Shown one piece after another: positions 40,181 through 50,495 of a stretch of 64,000 nt of DNA. The notes below the pieces were generated by a model. It was not told where the DNA came from and ran no database searches. It saw only the letters and a list, made by a program, of their open reading frames with translations. The number at the start of each line of letters is the position of its first letter. Positions within the stretch are counted from its first letter, which is position 1. A program made the translations under genes and the position numbers. The stretch is from Fibrobacteria bacterium (GTDB lineage Bacteria; Fibrobacterota; Fibrobacteria; UBA11236): the NCBI GenBank assembly GCA_043745805.1, contig JAYTSD010000008.1, forward strand, positions 325,351-389,350, in the 5' to 3' direction.

Positions 40181-41878
40181 CTATTTCGCTTTTTTAATTG
40201 CCTTAACAAATAATTTATTATCCGCTAAATATTTATTCGCTTCTAAAACTTGCAGGTCATTTTTTAATTCAAATGTGGTGCGTACTTCTTCTCCTAAGAC
40301 TGCGCCTAAAAGTTCACACTTTAATTCAAAGCGAATAAAATCCAAGTTACGCTCAAACTCTTTGTCCGCATCGCTGCGCAATTGCGCCTCTACCAAGCCT
40401 AAGCTTTTTTCCAATTCGGGTTTCAATACTGCAGGCTGGGTAGAATCGGTTTTTTCTTTTTTTACCACTTCGCGAAATGCTTCTAAAGCCAGCATAGGCG
40501 AGCTTTTGTATTTGATAAAAGCAGTGTCAGTATAAACGAATTTACGGAAATCTTCGAGTAGCTCCGGCGTTACATTAAAGTCAGGCGTAATGGGAGCATT
40601 CTTAACTAATTCAGCACGTTTTTTAATCACATAATTAAAGAAAGTAGTTTTTCGTAAAAGCTCTTGGGTATAGCGATTATATTTGCGATCTGCGGAAAGA
40701 ATATCGGGAGTAATGCCTCCCCCACCCAAAACTTTACGTCCTGCCTTGGTATAAAAAAAGACGGTGTCTTTTTTAGTAGTATCTTTCTTGCCTGCCTTGG
40801 TTTTGAAGCGTACGGCGTTCTCTGGTTTATTAATACAACGTCCTGAGGGTGTGTAATAATAAGCGGTAGTGAGCTTCAAAGTATTTTGTTGACCATCCAA
40901 AGGCAAAATGGTTTGCACCGATCCTTTGCCATAAGAAGGTTGTCCTAATACCAAGCCGCGATCCCAATCTTGCATAGCTCCCGCTACAATTTCCGAAGCG
41001 GAAGCGGAGTTTTCATTTACCATCACCACTAATTTTTTATTCCAAGTTGGATTACGATGGCTATGATATTCTTGGTTTTGCGAACTCACGCGTCCTTTGG
41101 TGAATACCACCATTTGATTTTTTTCTAAGAATAATTCCGAAACGGAAATCGCCTGATTAAGTAAGCCTCCGGGATTAACTCGTAGATCAATAATCAAACA
41201 TTGCATATTTTTTTTCTTCAATTCATTAATACGATTTTCTAAATCTTCGCCTGTGCGTTTTGCAAATTGGGTAATCTTTATATAACCCACCGTATCATTG
41301 AGCATACCGGCATAGGACACGCTTTCGATTTTAATAATTTCGCGTACGATAGTGAAATCCATCGGTTCAATTTGACCTTCCCGAAAGATCTGTAATTTTA
41401 CTGGCGTGCCTGGTTTCCCTCTTAATTTTTCTACGGCATCATCAATGGTTAATCCTTGTGTACTGAGGCTATCAATTTTTACCACTTTATCTCCAGCCCG
41501 AAGTCCCATCCGGTAAGCAGGTGTGCCTACTAAGGGAGAAACTACGGTTAACACATTATCGCGGATACCAATTTGAATGCCTAAGCCGCCAAACTCCCCA
41601 TCGGTATTGACTTTGAGGTCTTCATAATCTTTAGGTGTAAAATAGGCAGTATGCGGATCAAGTATGGTGCGAATTCCTGAAATGGCGGCATCCACTAAAT
41701 CTTCGGAAGAAACTTCTTCCACATAATTTTCATTTATTTTGGTAACGACTTTATCTAAGCGAATCAAATCGGAGTAAAACTTTTCGCCGCCCGCTTGTAC
41801 GCGACTTCCCACCACAGCAAAACCTATGATGAGCAACATAACGGTGAAATAATAAATTTTCCCTTTTTTCATGCGCAT
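40181..41878 (-). CDS. ctpA: S41 carboxy-terminal processing protease
   Basis: LDPHT, PDZ (GGLGI), DLR-x-NPGGLL, SASASEIVAGA, GKGSVQ. Confidence 0.93.
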   Translation of the reverse strand: MRMKKGKIYYFTVMLLIIGFAVVGSRVQAGGEKFYSDLIRLDKVVTKINENYVEEVSSEDLVDAAISGIRTILDPHTAYFTPKDYEDLKVNTDGEFGGLGIQIGIRDNVLTVVSPLVGTPAYRMGLRAGDKVVKIDSLSTQGLTIDDAVEKLRGKPGTPVKLQIFREGQIEPMDFTIVREIIKIESVSYAGMLNDTVGYIKITQFAKRTGEDLENRINELKKKNMQCLIIDLRVNPGGLLNQAISVSELFLEKNQMVVFTKGRVSSQNQEYHSHRNPTWNKKLVVMVNENSASASEIVAGAMQDWDRGLVLGQPSYGKGSVQTILPLDGQQNTLKLTTAYYYTPSGRCINKPENAVRFKTKAGKKDTTKKDTVFFYTKAGRKVLGGGGITPDILSADRKYNRYTQELLRKTTFFNYVIKKRAELVKNAPITPDFNVTPELLEDFRKFVYTDTAFIKYKSSPMLALEAFREVVKKEKTDSTQPAVLKPELEKSLGLVEAQLRSDADKEFERNLDFIRFELKCELLGAVLGEEVRTTFELKNDLQVLEANKYLADNKLFVKAIKKAK

Positions 41879-41921
41879 TCCTTTTTTACTTACAATTATT
41901 CTAACCTAATTTTGCTTGTGC

Positions 41922-42563
41922 TTAAAGAGAATTTACGGCGAGTTTTTGCAATACTTCTTCCGCTATTTTTTGTTGCAATTCCTCAATGGGTAAACTTCCA
42001 TTCAGTACGGTAAAATTTTGGGGATTTTCTTGAGCAATACTGAGATAGCCTTGGCGAACTTTTTGGAAAAAAATTTCACTTTCTTTTTCCATACGATCTA
42101 AAACGCGCCCGTCAATCTGTATACGTTGACGCATAGCAGCGGGATCAATATCCAATAGAAAAGTGTGCTCTGGCCAAATGTTTCCACAAGCGACTTGCAA
42201 AAAATATTTAATTTGGGCTTTATCCATTTCTCGGCCATACCCTTGATAGGCCAAGGTGGACCAACCAAAACGATCCGCGAGGATAATTTTACCCGCGGTT
42301 AAGGCCGGTGCAATAATATCCGCTACTAGCTGTGCACGGGCGGCCGAATAAAGTAATAGTTCGGTTTGGGGCTGCATTGATCCACTTTTAGTGGAGAGTA
42401 ATAGCTCGCGAATTTTATCCGATAAGGGTGTGCCGCCAGGCTCTCGCAAACATAAAGGATTAAAACCTTTGGCTTTTAATAAAGTCTCCAACAGTTTTAT
42501 TTGCGTACTTTTGCCGCTACCATCTATACCTTCAAAAGAAAAAAATGCTGGTCGCAAAGGCAA
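41922..42563 (-). CDS. tmk: Thymidylate kinase
   Basis: EGIDGSGKST, REPGGT, DRF-x2-ST-x-AYQG. Confidence 0.96.
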   Translation of the reverse strand: MPLRPAFFSFEGIDGSGKSTQIKLLETLLKAKGFNPLCLREPGGTPLSDKIRELLLSTKSGSMQPQTELLLYSAARAQLVADIIAPALTAGKIILADRFGWSTLAYQGYGREMDKAQIKYFLQVACGNIWPEHTFLLDIDPAAMRQRIQIDGRVLDRMEKESEIFFQKVRQGYLSIAQENPQNFTVLNGSLPIEELQQKIAEEVLQKLAVNSL

Positions 42564-45377
42564 CTATCCTAGTCCTATGCCATGACATTTTTTGAATTTT
42601 TTTCCGCTACCACAAGGGCAAACGTCATTGCGGCCTACAGTTTTTAATACGGCAGCACTTGCTGAAGCCTTAGCTGGAGCAGTTGGAGTGGACACTACAA
42701 TGCGAGGAGGTTGACCTGGAATTTGCGCTGGTGAACTTACGCCGTCATCAAGGTTGGGTGCTGATAATTGCATTTGTTGGCGACGAATACGCTCAAGCTC
42801 TTCGGCTCTGGCCATAGTTTCTTTTTGACGTTTTACAAAATCGGGATCGATATGCAAAATTTTCTGTGCCACTTCCATCGCCAAACGTTCCAAAGTATTT
42901 GCGAAAAGTGCAAAGCCTTCCTTTTTGTATTCTTGTAAAGGATCTTTTTGTGCATAACCACGGAAGCGTGTAGCATCACGCAAATGATCCATCGCATATA
43001 AATGTTCGCGCCAAATATGATCGATAAGACTTAATAAAACTTGACGTTCAATTTCCCGCAAGTTTTCCGAACCCATAGCCGCTTCAATTTCCTGATAGCG
43101 CACTTGAGCCGCAGCAATACCTTCATCAATAGCCTGTTCCAAATTTTTGGAATGTAAATCTTGATCGGGTATATTATAGTCCACATTAAAAGCGCGTTTT
43201 AGTTCGGAATAAAGTTTCTCTAATTCCCAATTTTCTGGATAATTTCCAGCCACAGCATATTGAGAAAAAACCATTTCCACCGCTTCTTCTACGCGAGCTT
43301 CGATTTCGTCTTTAATTTCTTCACCATTTAAAATGCGTCGACGTAATCCGTAAATTACGGTACGTTGTTTGTTCATTACATCATCGTATTCCAATAAATG
43401 TTTACGAACCTCAAAGTTTTGACCTTCCACACGTTTTTGTGCAGTGGCAATGGCACGATTCACCAAAGGATGAGAAATGACTTCGCCTTCTTCTACGCCC
43501 AATCGATCCATTACACGACCAATGCGATCTGATCCAAAAATACGCATCAAATCATCTTCCAGCGAAAGATAAAATTGCGACGCACCAGGATCGCCTTGAC
43601 GACCCGCACGACCTCTTAATTGATTGTCAATACGACGACTTTCATGGCGTTCTGTTCCGAGCACATACAAACCGCCGACTTCAATAACCCCAGCACCCAG
43701 CTGAATATCAGTACCACGACCTGCCATATTGGTAGCGATGGTAACTTTACCTTTAAATCCAGCTTCGGCAATAATGATAGCTTCCCTATCATGTTGCTTC
43801 GCATTTAAAACTTCATGAGGAATACCTTCGCGCTTTAATGCCGCAGCCAGCTCTTCGGATTTTTCAATGGACACTGTGCCCACCAAAATAGGTTGGCCCT
43901 TTTCATGACGAGTTTTAATATCATCTACAATGGCTTTTAATTTTTCACGCCGAGAGCGGAAAATCAAATCATGCTGATCGATGCGAATCATAGAACGATT
44001 AGTAGGAATAGCAACCACTCGTAATTTATAGATTTGCCCAAATTCCATTGCTTCCGTATCGGCAGTACCTGTCATGCCACCAAGTTTTTTATAAATACGG
44101 AAAAGATTTTGAAAAGTAATAGTGGCGAGAGTTTGATTCTCACGCATAATAGGAACATTTTCTTTTGCTTCAATAGCCTGATGTAATCCTTCGGAATAGC
44201 GTCGACCATCCATCAAGCGACCCGTAAACTCATCAACAATAACCACTTGGCGATTCTTTACGACATAGTCTACATCGGTTTTGAAAACTACATGCGCACG
44301 CAGCGCTTGGCTGACATGATGTACCCATTCGGTATTTAAATCCCCGTACAAATTTTCCAAACCTAATTGACGTTCACATTCATTTACGCCTTCTTCAGTT
44401 AAGGAAACATGTTTGTCTTTTTCATCAAAAGTATAATGGGTATCTCTTTTTAAAAAACTTACGACTTCATTCGCTTTTTTATATTTGTCAGTACTCTCTT
44501 CCGCTGGGCCGGAAATAATTAAAGGGGTACGCGCTTCATCAATTAAAATAGAATCGACTTCATCGACAATAGCATAATTCAATTCGCGTTGTACACAATC
44601 GACAATATTATGTGCCATATTATCACGTAGATAATCAAAACCAAATTCATTATTAGTGCCATAAGTAATATCAGCATTATAATTTTCTTTACGTTCTTCT
44701 TCATCCAAGCCATGCACAATAATGCCGACGGTTAAGCCTAAGAAACGATAAACTTTTGCCATAGTTAAGGCATCCCGGCTAGCCAAATAATCATTAACAG
44801 TCACCACATGCACGCCAAGACCCGATAAACCATTGAGGTAAACGGGCAAGGTTGCTACCACGGTTTTACCTTCACCAGTTTTCATTTCCGCGATTTTGCC
44901 TTCGTGCAAAACAATGCCACCAATTAATTGCACATCAAAAGGTCGATAACGAAAAGGGAAACGACTTTCGGGAATTAATTTGCGAATTTCTTGATAAAAA
45001 GAGGCTGGAAAATGAATGTTATAAATCTCTTCTTCTGCAGCAATTTTTTCTTTGGCGGTATGCACCAAAGCCAAAGTCTGCGAACTTAAACGGGAAAGAT
45101 CAAAAGCAAATTTTTCTTCGAGTATATTGAGCATACCCAAGCGTCTATCGGCGGCTTCGCGACAAACAGCAAAAGCTTCAAATAAAAGATCATCTAAGGT
45201 CGCGCCCTCCGCTAAGCGCTTGCGAAATTCAATCGTTTTTCCTACAAGGTCAGCATCGTCAAGGGCTTCGATTTGAGGGGCAAGTTCATTAATTTTGGCA
45301 ACCATGGGTGTAATGCGCTTGACTTCACGGTCATGGCTAGTTCCAAAAATTTTCGCAAGTATAGAGTTAACAATCAT
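42564..45377 (-). CDS. secA: Preprotein translocase subunit SecA
   Basis: EMKTGEGKT, DEVDSILIDEARTP, TNMAGRGTDI, ESRRIDNQLRGR, SEC-C GRND-x-CPCGSGKK-x-K-x-CH. Confidence 0.98.
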   Translation of the reverse strand: MIVNSILAKIFGTSHDREVKRITPMVAKINELAPQIEALDDADLVGKTIEFRKRLAEGATLDDLLFEAFAVCREAADRRLGMLNILEEKFAFDLSRLSSQTLALVHTAKEKIAAEEEIYNIHFPASFYQEIRKLIPESRFPFRYRPFDVQLIGGIVLHEGKIAEMKTGEGKTVVATLPVYLNGLSGLGVHVVTVNDYLASRDALTMAKVYRFLGLTVGIIVHGLDEEERKENYNADITYGTNNEFGFDYLRDNMAHNIVDCVQRELNYAIVDEVDSILIDEARTPLIISGPAEESTDKYKKANEVVSFLKRDTHYTFDEKDKHVSLTEEGVNECERQLGLENLYGDLNTEWVHHVSQALRAHVVFKTDVDYVVKNRQVVIVDEFTGRLMDGRRYSEGLHQAIEAKENVPIMRENQTLATITFQNLFRIYKKLGGMTGTADTEAMEFGQIYKLRVVAIPTNRSMIRIDQHDLIFRSRREKLKAIVDDIKTRHEKGQPILVGTVSIEKSEELAAALKREGIPHEVLNAKQHDREAIIIAEAGFKGKVTIATNMAGRGTDIQLGAGVIEVGGLYVLGTERHESRRIDNQLRGRAGRQGDPGASQFYLSLEDDLMRIFGSDRIGRVMDRLGVEEGEVISHPLVNRAIATAQKRVEGQNFEVRKHLLEYDDVMNKQRTVIYGLRRRILNGEEIKDEIEARVEEAVEMVFSQYAVAGNYPENWELEKLYSELKRAFNVDYNIPDQDLHSKNLEQAIDEGIAAAQVRYQEIEAAMGSENLREIERQVLLSLIDHIWREHLYAMDHLRDATRFRGYAQKDPLQEYKKEGFALFANTLERLAMEVAQKILHIDPDFVKRQKETMARAEELERIRRQQMQLSAPNLDDGVSSPAQIPGQPPRIVVSTPTAPAKASASAAVLKTVGRNDVCPCGSGKKFKKCHGIGLG

Positions 45378-45459
45378 TTTTCCTCTTGGAGTTCAGCATC
45401 CAGAAACGAGTGGGAATAATAGCTTTTGGGGGGTTAAAAACCAAGTAAAATCAGGCTTT

Positions 45460-48400
45460 TCAGCGAATTATGGCGATTTTGCCTTTTTGTAATAAACGTC
45501 CGCCATCTTGCTCAAGGGTGTACAAGTAAACTCCTGTTCCAACCAGTAAACCATGGTTGTTTTTCACATCCCAAGATATACTTCCTCTATCACGAATTCC
45601 TGTTTGTAAAAAATTACCCAAAGGATCCGAGTGCTCACTGTACAATAAATCGCCGCTCATAGAATGAATTCCCAATTTATAGCCTTTTAGCGCCTCAAAA
45701 CCTTTTAGAGCCATGATATTTTTGAAGGTAATATTTCCTTTTTCTCGATGCCGTGCATCCGAAAATTTGAAAGGATTAGGAAAGACATAAAATTCATCCG
45801 GTTGCACTACAAAGGTGAATTGAAATTGATCTGTTGTATCCTGAGGATTATAATAAAACCTGGGTAATCCATCGCCATTTCCATCTAAGCTATAACCTAA
45901 AATATCGGATATTTTACTAGAAAGTGTTACCGTAACTTTATCAAATGCCGTAAGCTCGGGATCATTTTTAAAAATCAAAGAGGAGTCGCCATGAGCTAAA
46001 TGTATAAATTTAAAATTGTGAAAAAAATTAGGGTGAAACGTGGAGGTCACGTGTATACTAAGATTGGAATCACCTTGCAAATGCTGCAAATCCAGGATCG
46101 GCAGGCTTTGATTGATTTTATTCAGTGCTCGATTAAAACGAATTTCTAAAGGCCTACTTTTTTCCCAAGACAAGGTATTATTAAGAGGAAATGTTTTAAA
46201 TACATAAAAGGAATTTGTGTCCACTTTCAACTCGAAGGTGGTGTCGTAACTTCCCGCATTCACCGCATTTTTTTTTAGGCGTAAATCCAAAGCATTACCC
46301 GCCGCATCGGTTAGACTATTGGAAATGCGAATACGCAATTTATCGCGATGAATAAATGATCCTAAAGGAGCAAGTACACCAAAATATTCAGATTGATGAT
46401 CATATTGGGGAGTAAAAAATACACTGTCCACCAAAGAGTCTTCCGGCACAGTTTGCTGAGCATTTTTTTTAGCCAAAAATAAAGATTTCTTAGCCGAGCG
46501 GAATAGACCTGCAATAAGGCCTTGGCGAATAGGGTTCTTAATTGAATCGAGTAAAGAATAAACTTTTATTTTATCTTCCCATTTGACTTTGCGCACCGGC
46601 TCTGAAAAACTAAAAAGCAATTTAGATTGTGTCGGTAAAAAAGATTTTATTTGCGAATTATAAAATCCATTTTTGTCCACGCTGGTATCGCCGACCAAGG
46701 TGAGTCGCAATAAAGGCAAGTCATTATAAACTAACTGCACAGGAATTTTTAATACCTTAACAATATTATCATTGGTTTTGATAAACAAAGTATCAATTAA
46801 TATGGAATCGCCTTTTAAAGAATCACTAAATACATGTAATGTAAATTTTAAAACATGTCCAGACTCCAAAGAAATTGGAGTAACTGATAATAAAGAATTA
46901 TTGTTGGTATGCTGAGAAATAGTAATGCTGGTATCCTTAGGTCCCACTTTCCACTGTAATATTATTTGTAGCCATTTTTGATCGTTAAACATTGTGATCA
47001 CCGAATCAATTAATAATGGCACCGTTCCCAAATTTGTGATTTGACCATTTAGATCTTGAGTATTCACTGTATTCCCAATTATAAATTGCAATTTTTGAGC
47101 TAACGAATCTAAGTGCGAAAATGAGTTTCCTCCCGCTTGAGAGGTATCTAAAAATGGAAAATTTAATTTTATTTTTTTCTCAAAGAAAGCGCCACTATTA
47201 TCCGTAACACGCAAAGTGAGGTATTCTTCTTGTGGTTGAAAATTGTGCAGCAGCGAGTCGTCATCGGTTTGAAGGACTATGCTATAACAAGATAATTGTC
47301 CACCCGAACAACCTGGCTTGGGTCGCCAAATAGTCCAATGGGCTTTCAAACTATCACCAGCATTAATATCGGCATCATGGAAACCCGCTTTAAGCAAAGA
47401 CAATATGCCGGCAGGAATATTCAAATCAAAATCACTGAATTGATTTACAATTTTATCAGTGACTTGATATTGCCAAATGCCCTGCAAATTTTGTTTTCCC
47501 ACCACCGCAACAGAATCTAAAATAGGTTGACGATTTAAAAGCAAAGAAAAATTCAAAGTAATCACGGAGTCTTTATCACCGACTTGCAGGCGAATAGCAT
47601 CGACACCTACCGTATTAGTATCTCCTAGGAGACGTAGATTTAAAGTATCTCCATTTTTTGAAGCAAGTGACTGTTCCACTACACCGTTACGCTTAAGTAA
47701 AAATTGCAAAGCATCTTGATTAGCGTCCCCAAGAATAACTTGCACCCTAGCCGTATCCCCTTGTTGCAGGGAAAGTAGTTTACCTTGCGGCTGTAAAAGC
47801 GTATCGGTATTTCCTGTCCTTATAAAAAACCCAGCGGAATCCGCTCTTTGCGGTTTAAAAATTTTAGCGGCTAAAGTAGGTGGCGAATTATTATAACTTA
47901 AGGAAAATTTTGTTGTGGAATCGGTCCAACCCAGATCATCTCTTGCAACTAAAAGAAATGGGTATGCACTAGTAATAGTATCTTGCGGGGGAATCGTAAA
48001 CAAAGCGCGATAAAGTCCGGTAGAAATTTTTTGAGTGGAGGATAATCGCTTAATGATTTTTGATCCTGAGGAGAAGGTAAATATGAGGCTATCCGCATCA
48101 TCCATATCAAATCCCGAGCAAACCAATTTAACCGTATCACGGCGTGTGGCAACCGAATATGCTTGCCCCACTTGAAAGGCAATCATTGCATTTGCACCAA
48201 TTTTAATAGAATCAATTTGCACCGCATGCGGCTTTGTATTAAAACTGAAAGTCAACCCTCGGGATTTTGGAGTTCGCGTTTTTAAACTATCGCCAGAAGG
48301 GATACTAGACTGCAAATCCAAACGATAGCGATAAAATCCAGCATTACTTTTCATACCAACAACAAAAGGATTTAAGGCTGAGGCGGCACCATTAAATAAT

Positions 48401-50034
48401 CCATCACTACTAAAGGCAATTTTTAAAGGCAATAAATTTACCGGATTTTGAACTACCAATAAAAATTGTACGGAATCGAGCAAAGGATTAAATGCATAGT
48501 TTAGGGCAGGATTACTGACGGTTAAAATTTTACTTTGGAAAAAGCCTGAATCATGGTAAACAGTGGTGTTACGGGCCATAGCAATTTTTGCATGGAATCC
48601 ATTTTCATAGGCGGCTACACAATTACCATTGCTATCCAACGCGACTATGGGCGTTTTGAAATAATGCCAATTATACCACCCGTTGCCGACACTAGAATAT
48701 CCAATTCCTTCGCCTGCTATATCCAAATCAAAACGAGATGGTAAATCCAAAGTATTATTCAATAAATTAAAACGCGCCAGCATAAGTCGATGATTGTCAG
48801 TGTCCAGTTTTTTAAACCACGAAAAAATTATTTTTTGATTATTCACTGCCAAGCTTGGCCACATAGATAATTCCGTTAAGCCAGTTAAACGCGTTTCTGC
48901 TCCAAGGGATTGGGTTAATGAACCAAAAGGGATTTGCAAGGTACGATAATAAAGGATACGATTTTTACCGTAACATAAAATGAAATGACCATTACTTACA
49001 GCAATTAAAGCATAGGGACGATAGTTATGCACATTAATGGAGTCCATTACAAAAATAGGATTGGCAATTAAAGTCGGACCCACTACTTGTGCATGGGCCG
49101 CATTAAATACGGAATAACTCATGGCATTAGTAACACGCATTAAAACGACGGTATTTCCTGCACTATCCTGAGCCACTGTTTGATCTCGATTAATCGTGCC
49201 ATTTATAAATGAGGTCGCTGTAGTGATTCCTAAATCTAAATTTTCCCAGCGTAATTCAATTTCGCCAGGATTAAATGCTTTTTCATAGGCCACTACGGTT
49301 TCATTTCCATTGCTGCCTGGCCGGGTGCTGGAATTAATTTCTCCATACCCAACATCAACAATAGGAGCAGTAGGTAATAAATATTTTCCATAGGTATTAG
49401 GATCGTTACCAATGGCATCTGCATGGCTGGTTCGGCGAATGGGACCAAATACGCGACTACTTCCCCAATAAGCAGAGTAACGATTTCCGCTAGCAGAATA
49501 ACTGAAATAAAATGGCGGAGGACGAACATTAGGAGTGCCGCCATAAAAAATACCATTTACATCCTGCGGATTTTCATTTCCCGCGATAATATTTCCCTGT
49601 GTTTCTAAATCAATGCTATTCTCATTCATGGTAAGCGTTCTCACAACGATGTTTGCTACGGTGGGATTTGCCGTGACAGCAGGGGCAGGTGTATGCTGAG
49701 AGCTCCAGCTTACATAGGCGACTTTAAATTCATTATTACGTGACATTGAAACGACCGGACTCACGCCACTTTGTCCATTATTACCCACACCATCGGTTAA
49801 TATTTTGGGTAAGGTGGGAATAAGCACATGTAGCTTTGGTTGTAAGATTAAGGAATCACCAAAAAGGGGATCAATTGCCACAGTATCCGCACTGTTACCC
49901 GAAAAGTCTTGTCGGAAATCTGTTACGGTATGGTTTAAAGAAAATATTTGGGTGTAAATAATGCCTATTAAAAATAGACCCGATCGGTAATCCCCACGCA
50001 GTTTAGAAAGGGTCCAAAAAAAGATCCGCATCAT
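45460..50034 (-). CDS. 1524-aa secreted protein with Ig-like (Big_5-like) domains and a FlgD_ig/T9SS-type C-terminal domain
   Basis: Signal-like N-terminus; FSFSEPV, LTDAAGNAL, IRFNRAL, ISDILGYSLDGNGDG; C-terminus VFPNPF...IHSMSGDL...WD-x-KN-x2-G...GVYLY...GKIAIIR. Confidence 0.75.
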   Translation of the reverse strand: MMRIFFWTLSKLRGDYRSGLFLIGIIYTQIFSLNHTVTDFRQDFSGNSADTVAIDPLFGDSLILQPKLHVLIPTLPKILTDGVGNNGQSGVSPVVSMSRNNEFKVAYVSWSSQHTPAPAVTANPTVANIVVRTLTMNENSIDLETQGNIIAGNENPQDVNGIFYGGTPNVRPPPFYFSYSASGNRYSAYWGSSRVFGPIRRTSHADAIGNDPNTYGKYLLPTAPIVDVGYGEINSSTRPGSNGNETVVAYEKAFNPGEIELRWENLDLGITTATSFINGTINRDQTVAQDSAGNTVVLMRVTNAMSYSVFNAAHAQVVGPTLIANPIFVMDSINVHNYRPYALIAVSNGHFILCYGKNRILYYRTLQIPFGSLTQSLGAETRLTGLTELSMWPSLAVNNQKIIFSWFKKLDTDNHRLMLARFNLLNNTLDLPSRFDLDIAGEGIGYSSVGNGWYNWHYFKTPIVALDSNGNCVAAYENGFHAKIAMARNTTVYHDSGFFQSKILTVSNPALNYAFNPLLDSVQFLLVVQNPVNLLPLKIAFSSDGLFNGAASALNPFVVGMKSNAGFYRYRLDLQSSIPSGDSLKTRTPKSRGLTFSFNTKPHAVQIDSIKIGANAMIAFQVGQAYSVATRRDTVKLVCSGFDMDDADSLIFTFSSGSKIIKRLSSTQKISTGLYRALFTIPPQDTITSAYPFLLVARDDLGWTDSTTKFSLSYNNSPPTLAAKIFKPQRADSAGFFIRTGNTDTLLQPQGKLLSLQQGDTARVQVILGDANQDALQFLLKRNGVVEQSLASKNGDTLNLRLLGDTNTVGVDAIRLQVGDKDSVITLNFSLLLNRQPILDSVAVVGKQNLQGIWQYQVTDKIVNQFSDFDLNIPAGILSLLKAGFHDADINAGDSLKAHWTIWRPKPGCSGGQLSCYSIVLQTDDDSLLHNFQPQEEYLTLRVTDNSGAFFEKKIKLNFPFLDTSQAGGNSFSHLDSLAQKLQFIIGNTVNTQDLNGQITNLGTVPLLIDSVITMFNDQKWLQIILQWKVGPKDTSITISQHTNNNSLLSVTPISLESGHVLKFTLHVFSDSLKGDSILIDTLFIKTNDNIVKVLKIPVQLVYNDLPLLRLTLVGDTSVDKNGFYNSQIKSFLPTQSKLLFSFSEPVRKVKWEDKIKVYSLLDSIKNPIRQGLIAGLFRSAKKSLFLAKKNAQQTVPEDSLVDSVFFTPQYDHQSEYFGVLAPLGSFIHRDKLRIRISNSLTDAAGNALDLRLKKNAVNAGSYDTTFELKVDTNSFYVFKTFPLNNTLSWEKSRPLEIRFNRALNKINQSLPILDLQHLQGDSNLSIHVTSTFHPNFFHNFKFIHLAHGDSSLIFKNDPELTAFDKVTVTLSSKISDILGYSLDGNGDGLPRFYYNPQDTTDQFQFTFVVQPDEFYVFPNPFKFSDARHREKGNITFKNIMALKGFEALKGYKLGIHSMSGDLLYSEHSDPLGNFLQTGIRDRGSISWDVKNNHGLLVGTGVYLYTLEQDGGRLLQKGKIAIIR

Positions 50035-50036
50035 TC

Positions 50037-50495
50037 CTAGCCTTGGCTAATTTGCACACCTAAGCCAGATCGCTTATAAAAAGCGGCAGAAGATTCATCC
50101 AATGCCGCCGTATCAAATCTGTTACGCGAAAGGCGATATGCTTGATACTGTCTTTCTTTTAATTTTTCTAAAACTTTACGCTCTTGCATCGCTAGCACTA
50201 AAAGTGCAGACTTTTCCTGCACCACTTTTTCTTGTAATTCCACCAAATGCTTTTGTTCCGTTTGGCAAAGCTCTAAAAACCGACTATAATCCAATAAATT
50301 TGATCGATGATTTATATCAAAAGTTTGTCCTGGTTCGAATTGCAATAGTTCTTGTAAATTTTTTTTTAAGGCCTCCAAATCAATTTGCAATTGTTGGGCA
50401 ATACGCATTTCTTCCGCCAAGGCCTTTTTTGCGGCTTCTTCTTTCCACTCTTTTTGTCGCAACCATTGACTTAAAGTAAATTCAAACTTTTTCAT
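50037..50495 (-). CDS. fliJ: Flagellar export protein FliJ
   Basis: MKKFEF-x-L, ERKVLEKLKE, LDE; follows fliI. Confidence 0.85.
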   Translation of the reverse strand: MKKFEFTLSQWLRQKEWKEEAAKKALAEEMRIAQQLQIDLEALKKNLQELLQFEPGQTFDINHRSNLLDYSRFLELCQTEQKHLVELQEKVVQEKSALLVLAMQERKVLEKLKERQYQAYRLSRNRFDTAALDESSAAFYKRSGLGVQISQG

